Positions 35,959-44,596 are shown, counted from the stretch's first letter. The stretch: DNA of 64,000 nt from Bacteroidaceae bacterium (GCA_017614895.1 JAGAAZ010000055.1:1658-65657), one strand, 5' to 3'. Program-made: numbers and translations. Notes: generated from the sequence alone by a model not told the origin.

Positions 35959-36465
35959 TCAAGGTTCGGAAACATCCTCGGCAGCGATGCTTCTTTCCTC
36001 CTCCACATCAAAGTGGTAGGTCATCTTGGCACCTTGATTCTGGAGGGCGATGTAGTTGAGGGTACGAAGAAGTCCTTGGAGGGTTTGTTCACGTTCTTGG
36101 GGTTTGAGCTGGCACTCCCAGATTTCGATGGTGTGCCAACCTTGTGCTTTGAGTGCCAAGAGGTTTTCGTGGTCACGTTCCTTGTTGCGCTGGATCTTGT
36201 GTGACCAGAAATCGACGTGGGTTTGGGGTATCTTATACATGGAGCATCCTTCGTGTCCATGCCAGAAGCAGCCGTTGATGAAGCTGCCGGTGCGGAGTCC
36301 GACAATCGCCAAGTCGGGGGTGCCAGGCAGGGTCTTGGCATGAATGCGATAACGGAAACCGTGACTGAACAGGAAACGGCGCACGAGCATCTCAGGTCGC
36401 GTGTTCTTCGACCTGATCCTGCGCATACAGTTGCTGCGCTGCTGGGGTGTCATCTTGTCTGCCAT
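35959..36465 (-). CDS. vsr: Very-short-patch repair endonuclease
   Basis: 168-aa ORF. TPQQRSNCMRRIRSKNTRPEMLVRRFLFSHGFRYRIH...PGTPDLAI...FINGCFWHGHEGC is the Vsr signature. Confidence 0.88.
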   Translation of the reverse strand: MADKMTPQQRSNCMRRIRSKNTRPEMLVRRFLFSHGFRYRIHAKTLPGTPDLAIVGLRTGSFINGCFWHGHEGCSMYKIPQTHVDFWSHKIQRNKERDHENLLALKAQGWHTIEIWECQLKPQEREQTLQGLLRTLNYIALQNQGAKMTYHFDVEEERSIAAEDVSEP

Positions 36466-36512
36466 TATTTCTTACTTCTTACCTCTTACCTCTTACTTCT
36501 TACCTCTTATTG
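36466..36512 (-). repeat. Tandem heptads (ARGTAAG)x6 filling the DUF4130 / vsr junction
   Basis: Minus strand reads (TAA)GAGGTAA GAAGTAA GAGGTAA GAGGTAA GAAGTAA GAAATA(ATG). Same word family as 4381-4436. Confidence 0.85.
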
Positions 36513-37289
36513 TTTCTCCGTCATATATTTCCAATAGCGTCGAGGCATATCATTCAGTTGCTTCTTCGGATTCATGCGTTCACGGATACAGATGGCCTTG
36601 AAGTAGGTGCGCCAGAGGTCTTGGAAAAGTTTGTCATCCTCGCTCAGCACCTCATCGTTGAGTTTGCCGCTATCGAGGTCGAAGGGCAGTGTGTCCTCAT
36701 CCTGAAACGTGATGCGCGTCACCTCCTGCTGGTCGTAGTAGAAACCATAACGGCGTTTGGCATCGTAGAGGAGCCAAGGCTGGGTGCCAAAGCGGTCTTG
36801 GAAGTGATTCACCACGAGCGGCAGCACATTGTGATCGGGAGACACCACACCCAGGTACGTGCCGTCCTTCGCCTTCTGGAAGCGTACAAACTGCATCATC
36901 CGCAACCGTTCGTGCATCACTTTCCGATAGATGTTGGTCACCGTCAGCACATCGGGGTCGGAGAAGTTCCGTTCGATGCTCCTTGTCCCTACGGGCTGTT
37001 GAAACACCTTGTAGATATAATGGAACAGGGGCGTGTCCAACTCGGGCAATTCCGACTGGTAACTCACAGCCAGCAACCGCATCGCCTCCTTCGACACACG
37101 TTTCTCCAACCCAGCCCACACCCGTTGTGCCCGATCGTCAGCCGTCATCACTTCATGTACCTCCTCACAGAACAGCGACAGGGGTTCACCCTTCCCGACC
37201 AAGAGGTCAGGCAGCTGATGGAGCGAATAAGCATCGAAGACGGCTGAGAGCACGCCATCGAGGGTTCTATTGATGGTGTAAACAAGCAT
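36507..37289 (-). CDS. Probable DNA metabolism protein (DUF4130 / TIGR03915-type partner of the DNA-repair radical SAM protein)
   Basis: 260-aa ORF. N-terminus MLVYTINRTLDGVLSAVFDAY... and its position 3 nt downstream of the stop of a TIGR03916-type radical SAM gene match the known two-gene cassette. Assignment is from memory of the family. Confidence 0.75.
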   Translation of the reverse strand: MLVYTINRTLDGVLSAVFDAYSLHQLPDLLVGKGEPLSLFCEEVHEVMTADDRAQRVWAGLEKRVSKEAMRLLAVSYQSELPELDTPLFHYIYKVFQQPVGTRSIERNFSDPDVLTVTNIYRKVMHERLRMMQFVRFQKAKDGTYLGVVSPDHNVLPLVVNHFQDRFGTQPWLLYDAKRRYGFYYDQQEVTRITFQDEDTLPFDLDSGKLNDEVLSEDDKLFQDLWRTYFKAICIRERMNPKKQLNDMPRRYWKYMTEKQ

Positions 37290-37292
37290 GGT

Positions 37293-38603
37293 CTATTCGT
37301 CTTTGGGGGCTGGTTCATCATCGAAGTCCAATGTCAGTTGCAACTCCGCAGCCGCTTTCTTCTGCTGCGCCTTCGACACGAGGAGAGGTTTCAGGCGTTC
37401 GGGGTGCAGTTCGTTGATGCCCACAATGGGGTTGGCATAACCATCGGTGAGTTCGTGACACGTGATGAAATACTTGGCCTTCTTCATCACCACCCCCATC
37501 TTCTTCAGGTGGTAGGACGTGATGCGGTTGAAACGTCGGGAGTTCACGATGAGCAAGGCTGACTTCACGCCAATGCCTGGCACACGCAGAATCTTCTCGT
37601 AGTCATCACGGTTGATATCGACAGGGAACTGCTCAGGATGCCGCAAAGCCCACGCGAGTTTGGGGTCCACTTCCAAGTCCAGATTCGCATTCGCCTCATC
37701 CACAATCTCCTCCACCTTGAACTGATAGAAACGCATCAGCCAATCAGCCTGATACAGACGGTTCTCACGCACCAATGGCGGTTGCTTCAGCACAGGCAGA
37801 CGGGGGTCGTAGGTGTTCACGCTCACATAACCCGAATAATACACCCGTCGCATAGTGGGTTGCCCATACATCGCAGACGACATGTGCAGGATGTCCCTGT
37901 CGGTCTCTGCAGTCGCCCCCACAATCATCTGGGTGCTCTGTCCTGCTGGCACGAAACGAGGTACATGCTGCAAGTGCTTCCTGTCCTCCTTGTTCTCCAA
38001 CACGCCCTGCTGAATGAACTTCATAGGAGTGAACACACTCTGGTGGTCCTTCTCGGGTGCCAGCATCTTCAGCGAGGTCTCGTTGGGAATCTCGATGTTC
38101 ACGCTCATACGGTCGGCATACCGTCCTGCCTCACTCAGCAGTTCACGACTCGCCCCTGGGATACTCTTCAGGTGGATGTAACCATTGAAGTGGTGCACAG
38201 TCCGCAAGTCCTTCGCAATCGCCACCAGACGTTCCATCGTGTAATCAGGATTCCGCACTACCCCACTGCTCAGGAACAGCCCCTCGATGTAGTTCCTCCT
38301 GTAGAACTCCATCACAATCTCCTCTAGCTCATGCACAGCCAGTGTCGCCCGCTTGATGTCGTTGCTCCGACGGTTGATGCAATAGGCACAGTCATACATG
38401 CAGTAGTTAGTCAGCATCACCTTCAGGAGCGAGATGCAACGTCCATCATCGGCAAAAGAGTGACAGATGCCGACCCCTCCGACGGTGTTTCCCACCATCC
38501 CCTGCTTACCACCACGCACAGTGCCGCTCGACGAGCACGACACATCGTACTTCGCCGATTCAGCCAATATCCGCAGTTTCTCCAATGTCTTTTCTGTCAG
38601 CAT
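37293..38603 (-). CDS. Putative DNA modification/repair radical SAM protein (TIGR03916-type)
   Basis: Started at MLTEKTLEKLRILAESAKYDVSCSSSG (38603). Radical SAM cluster motif CMYDCAYC. C-terminal helix-hairpin-helix-like segment (ILRVPGIGVKSALLIV). TAACTTTG box at 38624-38631. Confidence 0.83.
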   Translation of the reverse strand: MLTEKTLEKLRILAESAKYDVSCSSSGTVRGGKQGMVGNTVGGVGICHSFADDGRCISLLKVMLTNYCMYDCAYCINRRSNDIKRATLAVHELEEIVMEFYRRNYIEGLFLSSGVVRNPDYTMERLVAIAKDLRTVHHFNGYIHLKSIPGASRELLSEAGRYADRMSVNIEIPNETSLKMLAPEKDHQSVFTPMKFIQQGVLENKEDRKHLQHVPRFVPAGQSTQMIVGATAETDRDILHMSSAMYGQPTMRRVYYSGYVSVNTYDPRLPVLKQPPLVRENRLYQADWLMRFYQFKVEEIVDEANANLDLEVDPKLAWALRHPEQFPVDINRDDYEKILRVPGIGVKSALLIVNSRRFNRITSYHLKKMGVVMKKAKYFITCHELTDGYANPIVGINELHPERLKPLLVSKAQQKKAAAELQLTLDFDDEPAPKDE

Positions 38604-38623
38604 ATGCCATTCAATGATGATTG

Positions 38624-38631
38624 CAAAGTTA
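38624..38631 (-). promoter_or_regulatory. -7 box TAACTTTG for the rSAM/DUF4130/vsr operon
   Basis: Plus strand reads caaagtta. 21 nt upstream of the ATG at 38603. Confidence 0.5.
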
Positions 38632-38770
38632 GTGCAAACCGAGTAAAATACAAAATAAATCAACATTTATTTTTATTTTCGAGGTGCAGCCTAAGTTCGG
38701 CGTAGCCAACGGTAGCACTTTTCTTTGGAACATGCAAACAACAAAGACATAAAAAAAAGAATCCACCTTT

Positions 38771-40534
38771 TTAGATGGATTCTATGAATTTGATGACAGC
38801 TTTACGGTCTTCTTTCTTCAGATGGTAGAACTTCTCTGTAGCTCTGTAGGCATCTGACTGCTTCGAATACCCGTGCCACATGATGGCTTCCAATACAGAC
38901 CGTGCACGACAGTCGTGAAGTCGGTCATCAGCTCCTGTCAGCTGCAGGGAGAGTCCACGTCCCCAAAGAGGTGTCGTGCGGCACCAACCTGTGCGGATGT
39001 CGTTCTTCATGAAGAGGCGGTGCTGCACCATATCGGTGTAGGGCCAGATGGTCTGGTTGGGATATTTGGGCAGCATGTCAGTCGCGTTCTTGCCGACGCT
39101 CTGGGCATACGACTTGGTGGCAGCATCCACCCACATATTGTCAGCACCCGTCTTCCACGAAGGACGGTGACACTGGGCACAACCAATCTCCGAGAAAACT
39201 TTCTTGCCACGTTGCACCTCTGCATCATTCAGGTTGCGGGCAGCAGGGACAGCCAGTCCTCGATGCCACACCATAAACTGATAATACTGCTTGTCGCTCA
39301 TCTCATCCTTGCCGTTGTAGGGCGCCCCATTGAAGAGGTACTTGTCGAAGGTCTCCTTCTTGGCAATCGACGAGCAGCTCAGGAGTTCGTTCACACGGGC
39401 TGCAATGCCCTCGTCTGTACCATCAGCATAGTAAGGATGCAGGATGCTCGCAGCCGATGCACCATGTTCCTTGATGTATTGGATGACCTCAGCATCCTCG
39501 CTCTGCGCCTTTGCCCAAGCAGGAGTCGTGTAGAGGAAATGGCGGTCAGAACGAGTCACGTTGGTGATATTCCAAATGGCGTTGGCACCAGCACCATCCT
39601 GCAACGTACCACGTGTCATCGCATAGGTGAAGCGTTTGAGTGGACCATGCTTCCCATCACGGAAAGTGCCTGTATCGTTATAGCCAGCTGAGTAGTAAGC
39701 AGACGCCTTGAACGCATTCGCCTCCTTGTCCCACATCGCAGGGTTCAATTCCACATACTTCGCTTCAGCAGCCCATTGTGCTTCAATATCCTCGTCGTTG
39801 AGGGCATCGAGCAAACCAGTACCATAGATGCCGATGGTGGATTCCAGACGCACCTCATAGTTCGTGGGCTTCGGATTGGTGTTGAAAGCAGACTGAGGAA
39901 TCGTCACTTCGGGATAAATCAGGGCATACGTCTCACCATCCTCGAACTGCATGGGCAGACCACTCTCCATCGCAATGACCTCCTTCCACTGGATGGAAAT
40001 CTGACGTTCGTCGATAGGAGCCTTGAAGGGTGACATCGCCTGTGTCTGAGGCATACCCGTCACCTCGCTGATGTAGGCGTTGTTGTCAGGATGATAGATG
40101 ACCAGCAGATAACCGTTGCCCATCTGGTTGGCACGATACTCCGTCTGACGCTTGCCGTGTCCGTAACTGGGGTGACAGGCAATACATGAATTACGCACCC
40201 ATGCAGGACCTAACCCCTTGCGAGGTTCCTGCTCGAAGGTGTAGAGTTTCGAGAAGAAGCCCTCGCCTGTGATGAAGTCCTCCTCCATCCCAGCGATATT
40301 CGACACAGCAGGAGCAGGAGCTGAGTAGCTGGCCTTCTCCGTTGTGCCCAGCACACCACCAGGATACCACTCTTCGGCTGTGAAGTTGCCTGTGGCCTTT
40401 CCAAATGCCTGTTCGTCGGGGGTCAGCGAACCCAATCCGTTGGCATCGTCATCATGATCGGAACATGCTGTCAGCAGAGATACTGACAGCATTCCGATAC
40501 ATGTGACACGTGTTAGTTTCGATACGTGTGTCAT
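38771..40534 (-). CDS. Di-haem cytochrome c peroxidase-like lipoprotein (DUF1111 family)
   Basis: 587-aa ORF. Lipobox LLTAC. Two CxxCH haem motifs (CIACH, CAQCH). Confidence 0.83.
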   Translation of the reverse strand: MTHVSKLTRVTCIGMLSVSLLTACSDHDDDANGLGSLTPDEQAFGKATGNFTAEEWYPGGVLGTTEKASYSAPAPAVSNIAGMEEDFITGEGFFSKLYTFEQEPRKGLGPAWVRNSCIACHPSYGHGKRQTEYRANQMGNGYLLVIYHPDNNAYISEVTGMPQTQAMSPFKAPIDERQISIQWKEVIAMESGLPMQFEDGETYALIYPEVTIPQSAFNTNPKPTNYEVRLESTIGIYGTGLLDALNDEDIEAQWAAEAKYVELNPAMWDKEANAFKASAYYSAGYNDTGTFRDGKHGPLKRFTYAMTRGTLQDGAGANAIWNITNVTRSDRHFLYTTPAWAKAQSEDAEVIQYIKEHGASAASILHPYYADGTDEGIAARVNELLSCSSIAKKETFDKYLFNGAPYNGKDEMSDKQYYQFMVWHRGLAVPAARNLNDAEVQRGKKVFSEIGCAQCHRPSWKTGADNMWVDAATKSYAQSVGKNATDMLPKYPNQTIWPYTDMVQHRLFMKNDIRTGWCRTTPLWGRGLSLQLTGADDRLHDCRARSVLEAIMWHGYSKQSDAYRATEKFYHLKKEDRKAVIKFIESI

Positions 40535-40557
40535 AGTTGTTATTTGTTAAGGGTTTG

Positions 40558-41895
40558 TTATTCTTCCTCAGAGATGGAATCCCAGTTGTCTGGGTCATCG
40601 AAGTTCTTGCCCCAAACGATACTGCAATACTTCACGAACGGAGCAGGCATGTTGCTGATACTCTCGATGGCGCTGACATAGCTGCTTTCAACAGCCGAGT
40701 TCACCTGGTCGCTCTTCACGCTGGCAAAGAAGGTGTGGAAGCTGTACTTGTTGGCAGTCTTGTCGGTAGAACCCAGCCAGACATTGCGGATGCTGCGGAT
40801 ATTATCACGGAAATCGGTGATGGAGTTGTAGCTGTAGGGTGACTCCACGTAAGCGATGTCGCCAGCAGAGAAGGGATTGGCAATCTTGGCTGTACCCACC
40901 TCGTTACAAATCGCCAAGCAAGAGCCTTCATCATCGCTCAGCACCTGTGCAATAGCTGCCTTCAGGGTTGGGAAACTACTCTTGCTGCCGCTGATGCCTG
41001 CTTTGGTCAGGTTCTCACCATACGACAATCCGTTGCTGGTCTTGTAGTCGAGTTCTGCAGCCTTGACCACAGCCACACGGTTGGCATTAGCTGCAGTTTC
41101 GCCCTCCCAAGCCACCTGCAACTGGAAGCAGCGCTGTTTCAGCAAGGTGCAGATGGTCTGAGCGTATGCCAGTTCCTGAGCACCTGTGATATGCTCGAAG
41201 TTGGTGTAAGTATCGTTGCCCTGCAATTCAGCCACCTTACGGTTCTGACCATTACGGAAGAGGATAAACTCCAATGCGTGGAAACCCAAAATCGTGGCAT
41301 CCTCCAACATTTCGTCGTTCATGCCGGTATTGAAATAGTTGAGCAGCAAACTGCGGTTCAGAGGCCAAGAGTCGATGGTGGGGTCAATGTCGAAGTCAGA
41401 GGCTGCACCCATCAGAAAGGCTTCAGAGCGCTCCCAATTCAGACGAGCCTGTTTGAAATCTTGACACGCTTTGTCAATCTGCGCTTGGGTAATGCTGTTG
41501 ACGGTCAGACCGTTCAGGGTCTTCTCCATATCCTCCACATCGTCAGCCAACTGCGTATAGGTAGGTACAATCACGTTGCCCACCAATGTTTCCAACACCT
41601 TGCGCAGATAATCCTCTTGTTCTTCGCTCAGTTTCGAAGTGGCGATGGTGTTGTTGGCACTCTCCAATCCACTGACCAGCCTTTGGCAGTCGTCGATGGC
41701 CTGCCGACCAAACGCTTGGTTGCTGTAGTTGGCATCGGTGGTGTTCGATGCGTAGCTGTCCTGATCCACCTGTGGTGTGGTCGTGATGATGCTAAACTGT
41801 TCGTCGTTCACTTCATTGTTGTTGTCACTGTCGCTGCAGGCAGTGAAGGCAAGCCCCATCGCAAGGGCGCCCATTGCAAAAATTGTTTTCTTCAT
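40558..41895 (-). CDS. Imelysin (Peptidase_M75)-family lipoprotein
   Basis: 445-aa ORF. Lipobox LAFTAC. Imelysin-like helical repeats with GFHALEFILF (cf. the GWHAIEYLLW motif). Lies upstream of and adjacent to the di-haem protein gene, as in known imelysin clusters. Confidence 0.78.
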   Translation of the reverse strand: MKKTIFAMGALAMGLAFTACSDSDNNNEVNDEQFSIITTTPQVDQDSYASNTTDANYSNQAFGRQAIDDCQRLVSGLESANNTIATSKLSEEQEDYLRKVLETLVGNVIVPTYTQLADDVEDMEKTLNGLTVNSITQAQIDKACQDFKQARLNWERSEAFLMGAASDFDIDPTIDSWPLNRSLLLNYFNTGMNDEMLEDATILGFHALEFILFRNGQNRKVAELQGNDTYTNFEHITGAQELAYAQTICTLLKQRCFQLQVAWEGETAANANRVAVVKAAELDYKTSNGLSYGENLTKAGISGSKSSFPTLKAAIAQVLSDDEGSCLAICNEVGTAKIANPFSAGDIAYVESPYSYNSITDFRDNIRSIRNVWLGSTDKTANKYSFHTFFASVKSDQVNSAVESSYVSAIESISNMPAPFVKYCSIVWGKNFDDPDNWDSISEEE

Positions 41896-41925
41896 TGTTC
41901 TATGATATTAAAATGTTTGTATTCT

Positions 41926-41950
41926 CAACTGTCAACTGTCAATTGTCAAC
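41926..41950 (-). repeat. Tandem heptads (minus strand TTGACAA TTGACAG TTGACAG TTGAG) at the porin / imelysin junction
   Basis: Plus strand reads CAACTGT CAACTGT CAATTGT CAAC, immediately after the porin stop codon. Confidence 0.8.
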
Positions 41951-43242
41951 TACAAAAAGAACCCTTCGTATGCCACACCAACATTCACGGAAGGCTCATC
42001 GTTGAACAGGCTCTTCAGGAATCGCTTCGAGTATTCGCCCTTGATGACAATCTGACGGATGGGATGGTAATTGAAACCGACCGCCATACGCTGCACAGCC
42101 GTATAGTCGTAAGCTGTTCCCCTGGTCTTGCTGGCATACGGATTGTAGGTCTCGTAACGTCCAAAGAGATAGAGTTGCTGTGCCTTCTGCCGCATGCTTG
42201 AAATCTGCGAGAAGATATCGTAGCCAGCCTCTATACCCACAGCGTAGGCATTTTTCGACACAAAAGCCGAATGTTTGTAAGGTGATTTGGAGTTCAGACG
42301 GTTATATACATATTTCAACTGCTCTGCATCGCCCAGATAACCATAATCTGCCTGACCACGAACAATCCAGTTGTGTGCCTTGTAGGTGAAGTCGATAGCA
42401 CCAATCGCCACCACACCCTTATACTCTGCATCCACCCCGTTCGCATTGCGGGGGTAGCTGTTGCCGATACTGTGACCATAGTAACCACTCAATCCGATGC
42501 GCAAGCCTGGAACCGAATAGTTGTCGAAGCGGAGTGATGCCCCATACGTGTTGGCTACATCAAATTCCATAGGCGACTTGTGACCCTTGTGAATCCAACC
42601 CGTGTTGGTGAAGTTGTCAGCATTCAGACCTGCCAGGAACTGTGCTTCGTAGCGGAAATCGCCAGCACGTCCCCAGAACGACACACCTGTCTGATGCCAG
42701 GTGGAGGGCAGGATGGTGTTCTCACCCTCTGGACGATAGACAGTGAAGTAACTAAGGGGTTCGTGGTGGGCGTTGTTCAAACCTACAGGCACCACGATAT
42801 GTCCTGCACGGATATTCGCCCAACTTGCGAAGGACTTCTGAATCCAGAACTGCTCCAGTTCCACCTCTCCACCTTTTTCCGTCTCCTGCTCCCATTCGCC
42901 GCCTTCCTCATCTTCCTTCTCGTAGGCGATGCCGGTACCTCCATGTTCAAATTCTATCTCTGTGCCGAAGGTCCATCCCTGACCGAAGTCATACCCAAGA
43001 TAGATGACCGCATGGGGAATGTCGAAGCGTCCGTGACTGGGGTCGTTCTTGTGTTCTTCGGGTTGACTGTAGCGGCTCACATGGTCGCTGAAGTAGTTGC
43101 GTGAGAAGTTGGCTTCGCCATAGCCTCCCACACTCAGCCGTGATGCTTTCTTCGTCTGCATTGTACTGTCTGCGCTGCTTTCCTGCGCATTTCCTGTCAG
43201 GCACAGCACTACAGTTAATAATGTGAAAAACAATCTTTTCAT
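41950..43242 (-). CDS. Outer-membrane beta-barrel (porin-like) protein
   Basis: The ORF track runs to 43791. I start it at MKRLFFTLLTVVLCLTGNAQ (43242; alternative MESEM at 43254), because the extension overlaps the divergent regulator gene and a TACCTTTG box sits at 43273-43280. Alternating aromatic/Gly beta-strand pattern, C-terminal YEGFFL. Confidence 0.7.
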   Translation of the reverse strand: MKRLFFTLLTVVLCLTGNAQESSADSTMQTKKASRLSVGGYGEANFSRNYFSDHVSRYSQPEEHKNDPSHGRFDIPHAVIYLGYDFGQGWTFGTEIEFEHGGTGIAYEKEDEEGGEWEQETEKGGEVELEQFWIQKSFASWANIRAGHIVVPVGLNNAHHEPLSYFTVYRPEGENTILPSTWHQTGVSFWGRAGDFRYEAQFLAGLNADNFTNTGWIHKGHKSPMEFDVANTYGASLRFDNYSVPGLRIGLSGYYGHSIGNSYPRNANGVDAEYKGVVAIGAIDFTYKAHNWIVRGQADYGYLGDAEQLKYVYNRLNSKSPYKHSAFVSKNAYAVGIEAGYDIFSQISSMRQKAQQLYLFGRYETYNPYASKTRGTAYDYTAVQRMAVGFNYHPIRQIVIKGEYSKRFLKSLFNDEPSVNVGVAYEGFFL

Positions 43243-43272
43243 CTCTGATTCCATTTGATTAAAAACTGGGTG

Positions 43273-43280
43273 CAAAGGTA
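43273..43280 (-). promoter_or_regulatory. -7 box TACCTTTG for the porin/imelysin/di-haem operon
   Basis: Plus strand reads caaaggta. 31 nt upstream of the ATG at 43242. Confidence 0.5.
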
Positions 43281-43359
43281 CGACGATTTCCCCCAATGCT
43301 GCAATACCTAAAAATAGTGAAACTGACTTCGTGCTCTTGTGTGTTTCATGGAAAATGGC

Positions 43360-43367
43360 TAATTTTG
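43360..43367 (+). promoter_or_regulatory. -7 box TAATTTTG for the hemerythrin-LuxR gene
   Basis: TAnnTTTG 32 nt upstream of the ATG at 43399. Divergent from the porin promoter 80 bp away. Confidence 0.5.
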
Positions 43368-43398
43368 CAGCGAAATTCAAAGATAAAAAGTACGCGCA

Positions 43399-44358
43399 AT
43401 GAAGAACGTAAAGATGTATGAGTCCAGCGACAAGATGATTACGCTGATCAAGGACAATTATAGTGTGCTGCAGGCATTGGGTGCCTTTGGCATCAACCTC
43501 GGCTTTGGCGACATGACCGTGAGCGAGACTTGCCGCAAGAATGGTGTTGACACCTACACCTTTCTGGCAGTGGTCAACTTCACCATCAATGATTATGCCC
43601 ATTTTGAGGACGACGAGCAAATCAGTGTGCCAACCCTCCTCCACTACCTGAAGGCGAGCCACACCTACTACCTCGACTTCCAGCTGCCTTTCATCCGTCG
43701 TGAATTGCAGGAGAGCATCACAGAGGGCGACCCACTGGGCAAGCTCATCATGAAGCTGTATGAGGAGTATGCACAGGAAATCCGACGCCACATGAAGTAT
43801 GAGGAGAAGACGCTCTTTCCCTATGTGCAGTCATTGCTCGATGGGCGTCCATTGAACAATTACGACATCCACACCTTCTCCAAGCATCACGAACAGACCG
43901 ACAAGAAACTGCGCGAACTGAAACTCATGATTATTAAGTATCTGCCAGCTGATTCTCTCCACAACAACCAACTGACAGCAACCCTCTACGACATCTACAA
44001 CAACGAGGAGTGGTTGCGCCATCATGCAGAGGTGGAGGATCATATCTTCGCTCCAGCCATCAAACGTCTGGAGCAACAAGCCCGACAAGATGATGTCTCG
44101 AAGAATATCTCAGAAATGGTCTTCAAAAATGGTCAGGACAACAGCGAGGCACTCTCCGACCGCGAGAAGGAAGTCATCATTGGTGTTGTGCAAGGTCTGC
44201 TCAACAAAGAGATTGCTGACCGTCTCTGCATCTCTGTCAACACCGTCATCACCCATCGTCGAAACATCGCCCGCAAACTCCAGATTCATTCCCCTGCAGG
44301 ACTCACGATCTATGCTATCGTCAACGGCCTCGTTGACATCTCCAGCGTGAACCTATAA
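43399..44358 (+). CDS. Fusion regulator: ScdA_N/hemerythrin (RIC-like di-iron) domain plus LuxR/GerE HTH
   Basis: 319-aa ORF. Four-helix H/E pattern (ASHTYYLDF, RRHMKYEEKTLFPYV, FSKHHEQTD, LRHHAEVEDHIFAP) as in the YtfE/ScdA RIC proteins. C-terminal LSDREKEVIIGVVQGLLNKEIADRLCISVNTVITHRRNIARKL is a LuxR-type HTH. Confidence 0.8.
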   Translation: MKNVKMYESSDKMITLIKDNYSVLQALGAFGINLGFGDMTVSETCRKNGVDTYTFLAVVNFTINDYAHFEDDEQISVPTLLHYLKASHTYYLDFQLPFIRRELQESITEGDPLGKLIMKLYEEYAQEIRRHMKYEEKTLFPYVQSLLDGRPLNNYDIHTFSKHHEQTDKKLRELKLMIIKYLPADSLHNNQLTATLYDIYNNEEWLRHHAEVEDHIFAPAIKRLEQQARQDDVSKNISEMVFKNGQDNSEALSDREKEVIIGVVQGLLNKEIADRLCISVNTVITHRRNIARKLQIHSPAGLTIYAIVNGLVDISSVNL

Positions 44359-44390
44359 AAAAGCAGCAAGCGATAGAAATCACTTGCTGC
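44357..44390 (-). terminator. Intrinsic terminator of tRNA-Pro (also closes the convergent regulator gene)
   Basis: 8-bp stem GCAGCAAG / CTTGCTGC. On the minus strand it is followed by TTTTTT. Confidence 0.65.
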
Positions 44391-44391
44391 T

Positions 44392-44468
44392 TGGTCGGGA
44401 AGACCAGACTCGAACTGGCGACCACGCGCCCCCCAGACGCGTACGCTAACCAACTGCGCTACTTCCCG
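44392..44468 (-). tRNA. tRNA-Pro (anticodon GGG), CCA encoded
   Basis: Reverse complement reads CGGGAAG-TA-GCGC-AGTTGGTTA-GCGT-A-CGCGT-CTGGGGG-GCGCG-TGGTC-GCCAG-TTCGAGT-CTGGT-CTTCCCG-ACCA. TACCTTTG box at 44487-44494. Terminator hairpin plus T6 at 44357-44390. Confidence 0.9.
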
Positions 44469-44486
44469 ATTTTTGTAAATCGGGTG

Positions 44487-44494
44487 CAAAGGTA
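44487..44494 (-). promoter_or_regulatory. -7 box TACCTTTG for tRNA-Pro
   Basis: Plus strand reads caaaggta. 19 nt upstream of the tRNA 5' end. Confidence 0.5.
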
Positions 44495-44558
44495 GTGCAA
44501 ATTTTAGACAATACAAAATAAAAACAAACTTTTTCTTGCTTTTATTATCACTTCGCCG

Positions 44559-44566
44559 TAACTTTG
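44559..44566 (+). promoter_or_regulatory. -7 box TAACTTTG for the cyclophilin gene
   Basis: TAnnTTTG 31 nt upstream of the ATG at 44597. Confidence 0.5.
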
Positions 44567-44596
44567 TCCCATCAAAACCAACAAAGAACAAGTCAA

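Noticed and set aside
41926-41950. The TTGACA repeats considered as sigma-70 -35 boxes (an internal promoter).
   Set aside because: Bacteroidota housekeeping promoters use TTTG/-33 and TAnnTTTG/-7 rather than TTGACA/TATAAT. No -7 box follows at a suitable distance.
43243-43791. The 183-codon N-terminal extension of the porin ORF (the track gives 41950-43791).
   Set aside because: The extension overlaps the divergent regulator gene (43399-44358) and both promoters. A signal peptide (MKRLFFTLLTVVLCLTGNAQ) with a -7 box 31 nt upstream begins at 43242.
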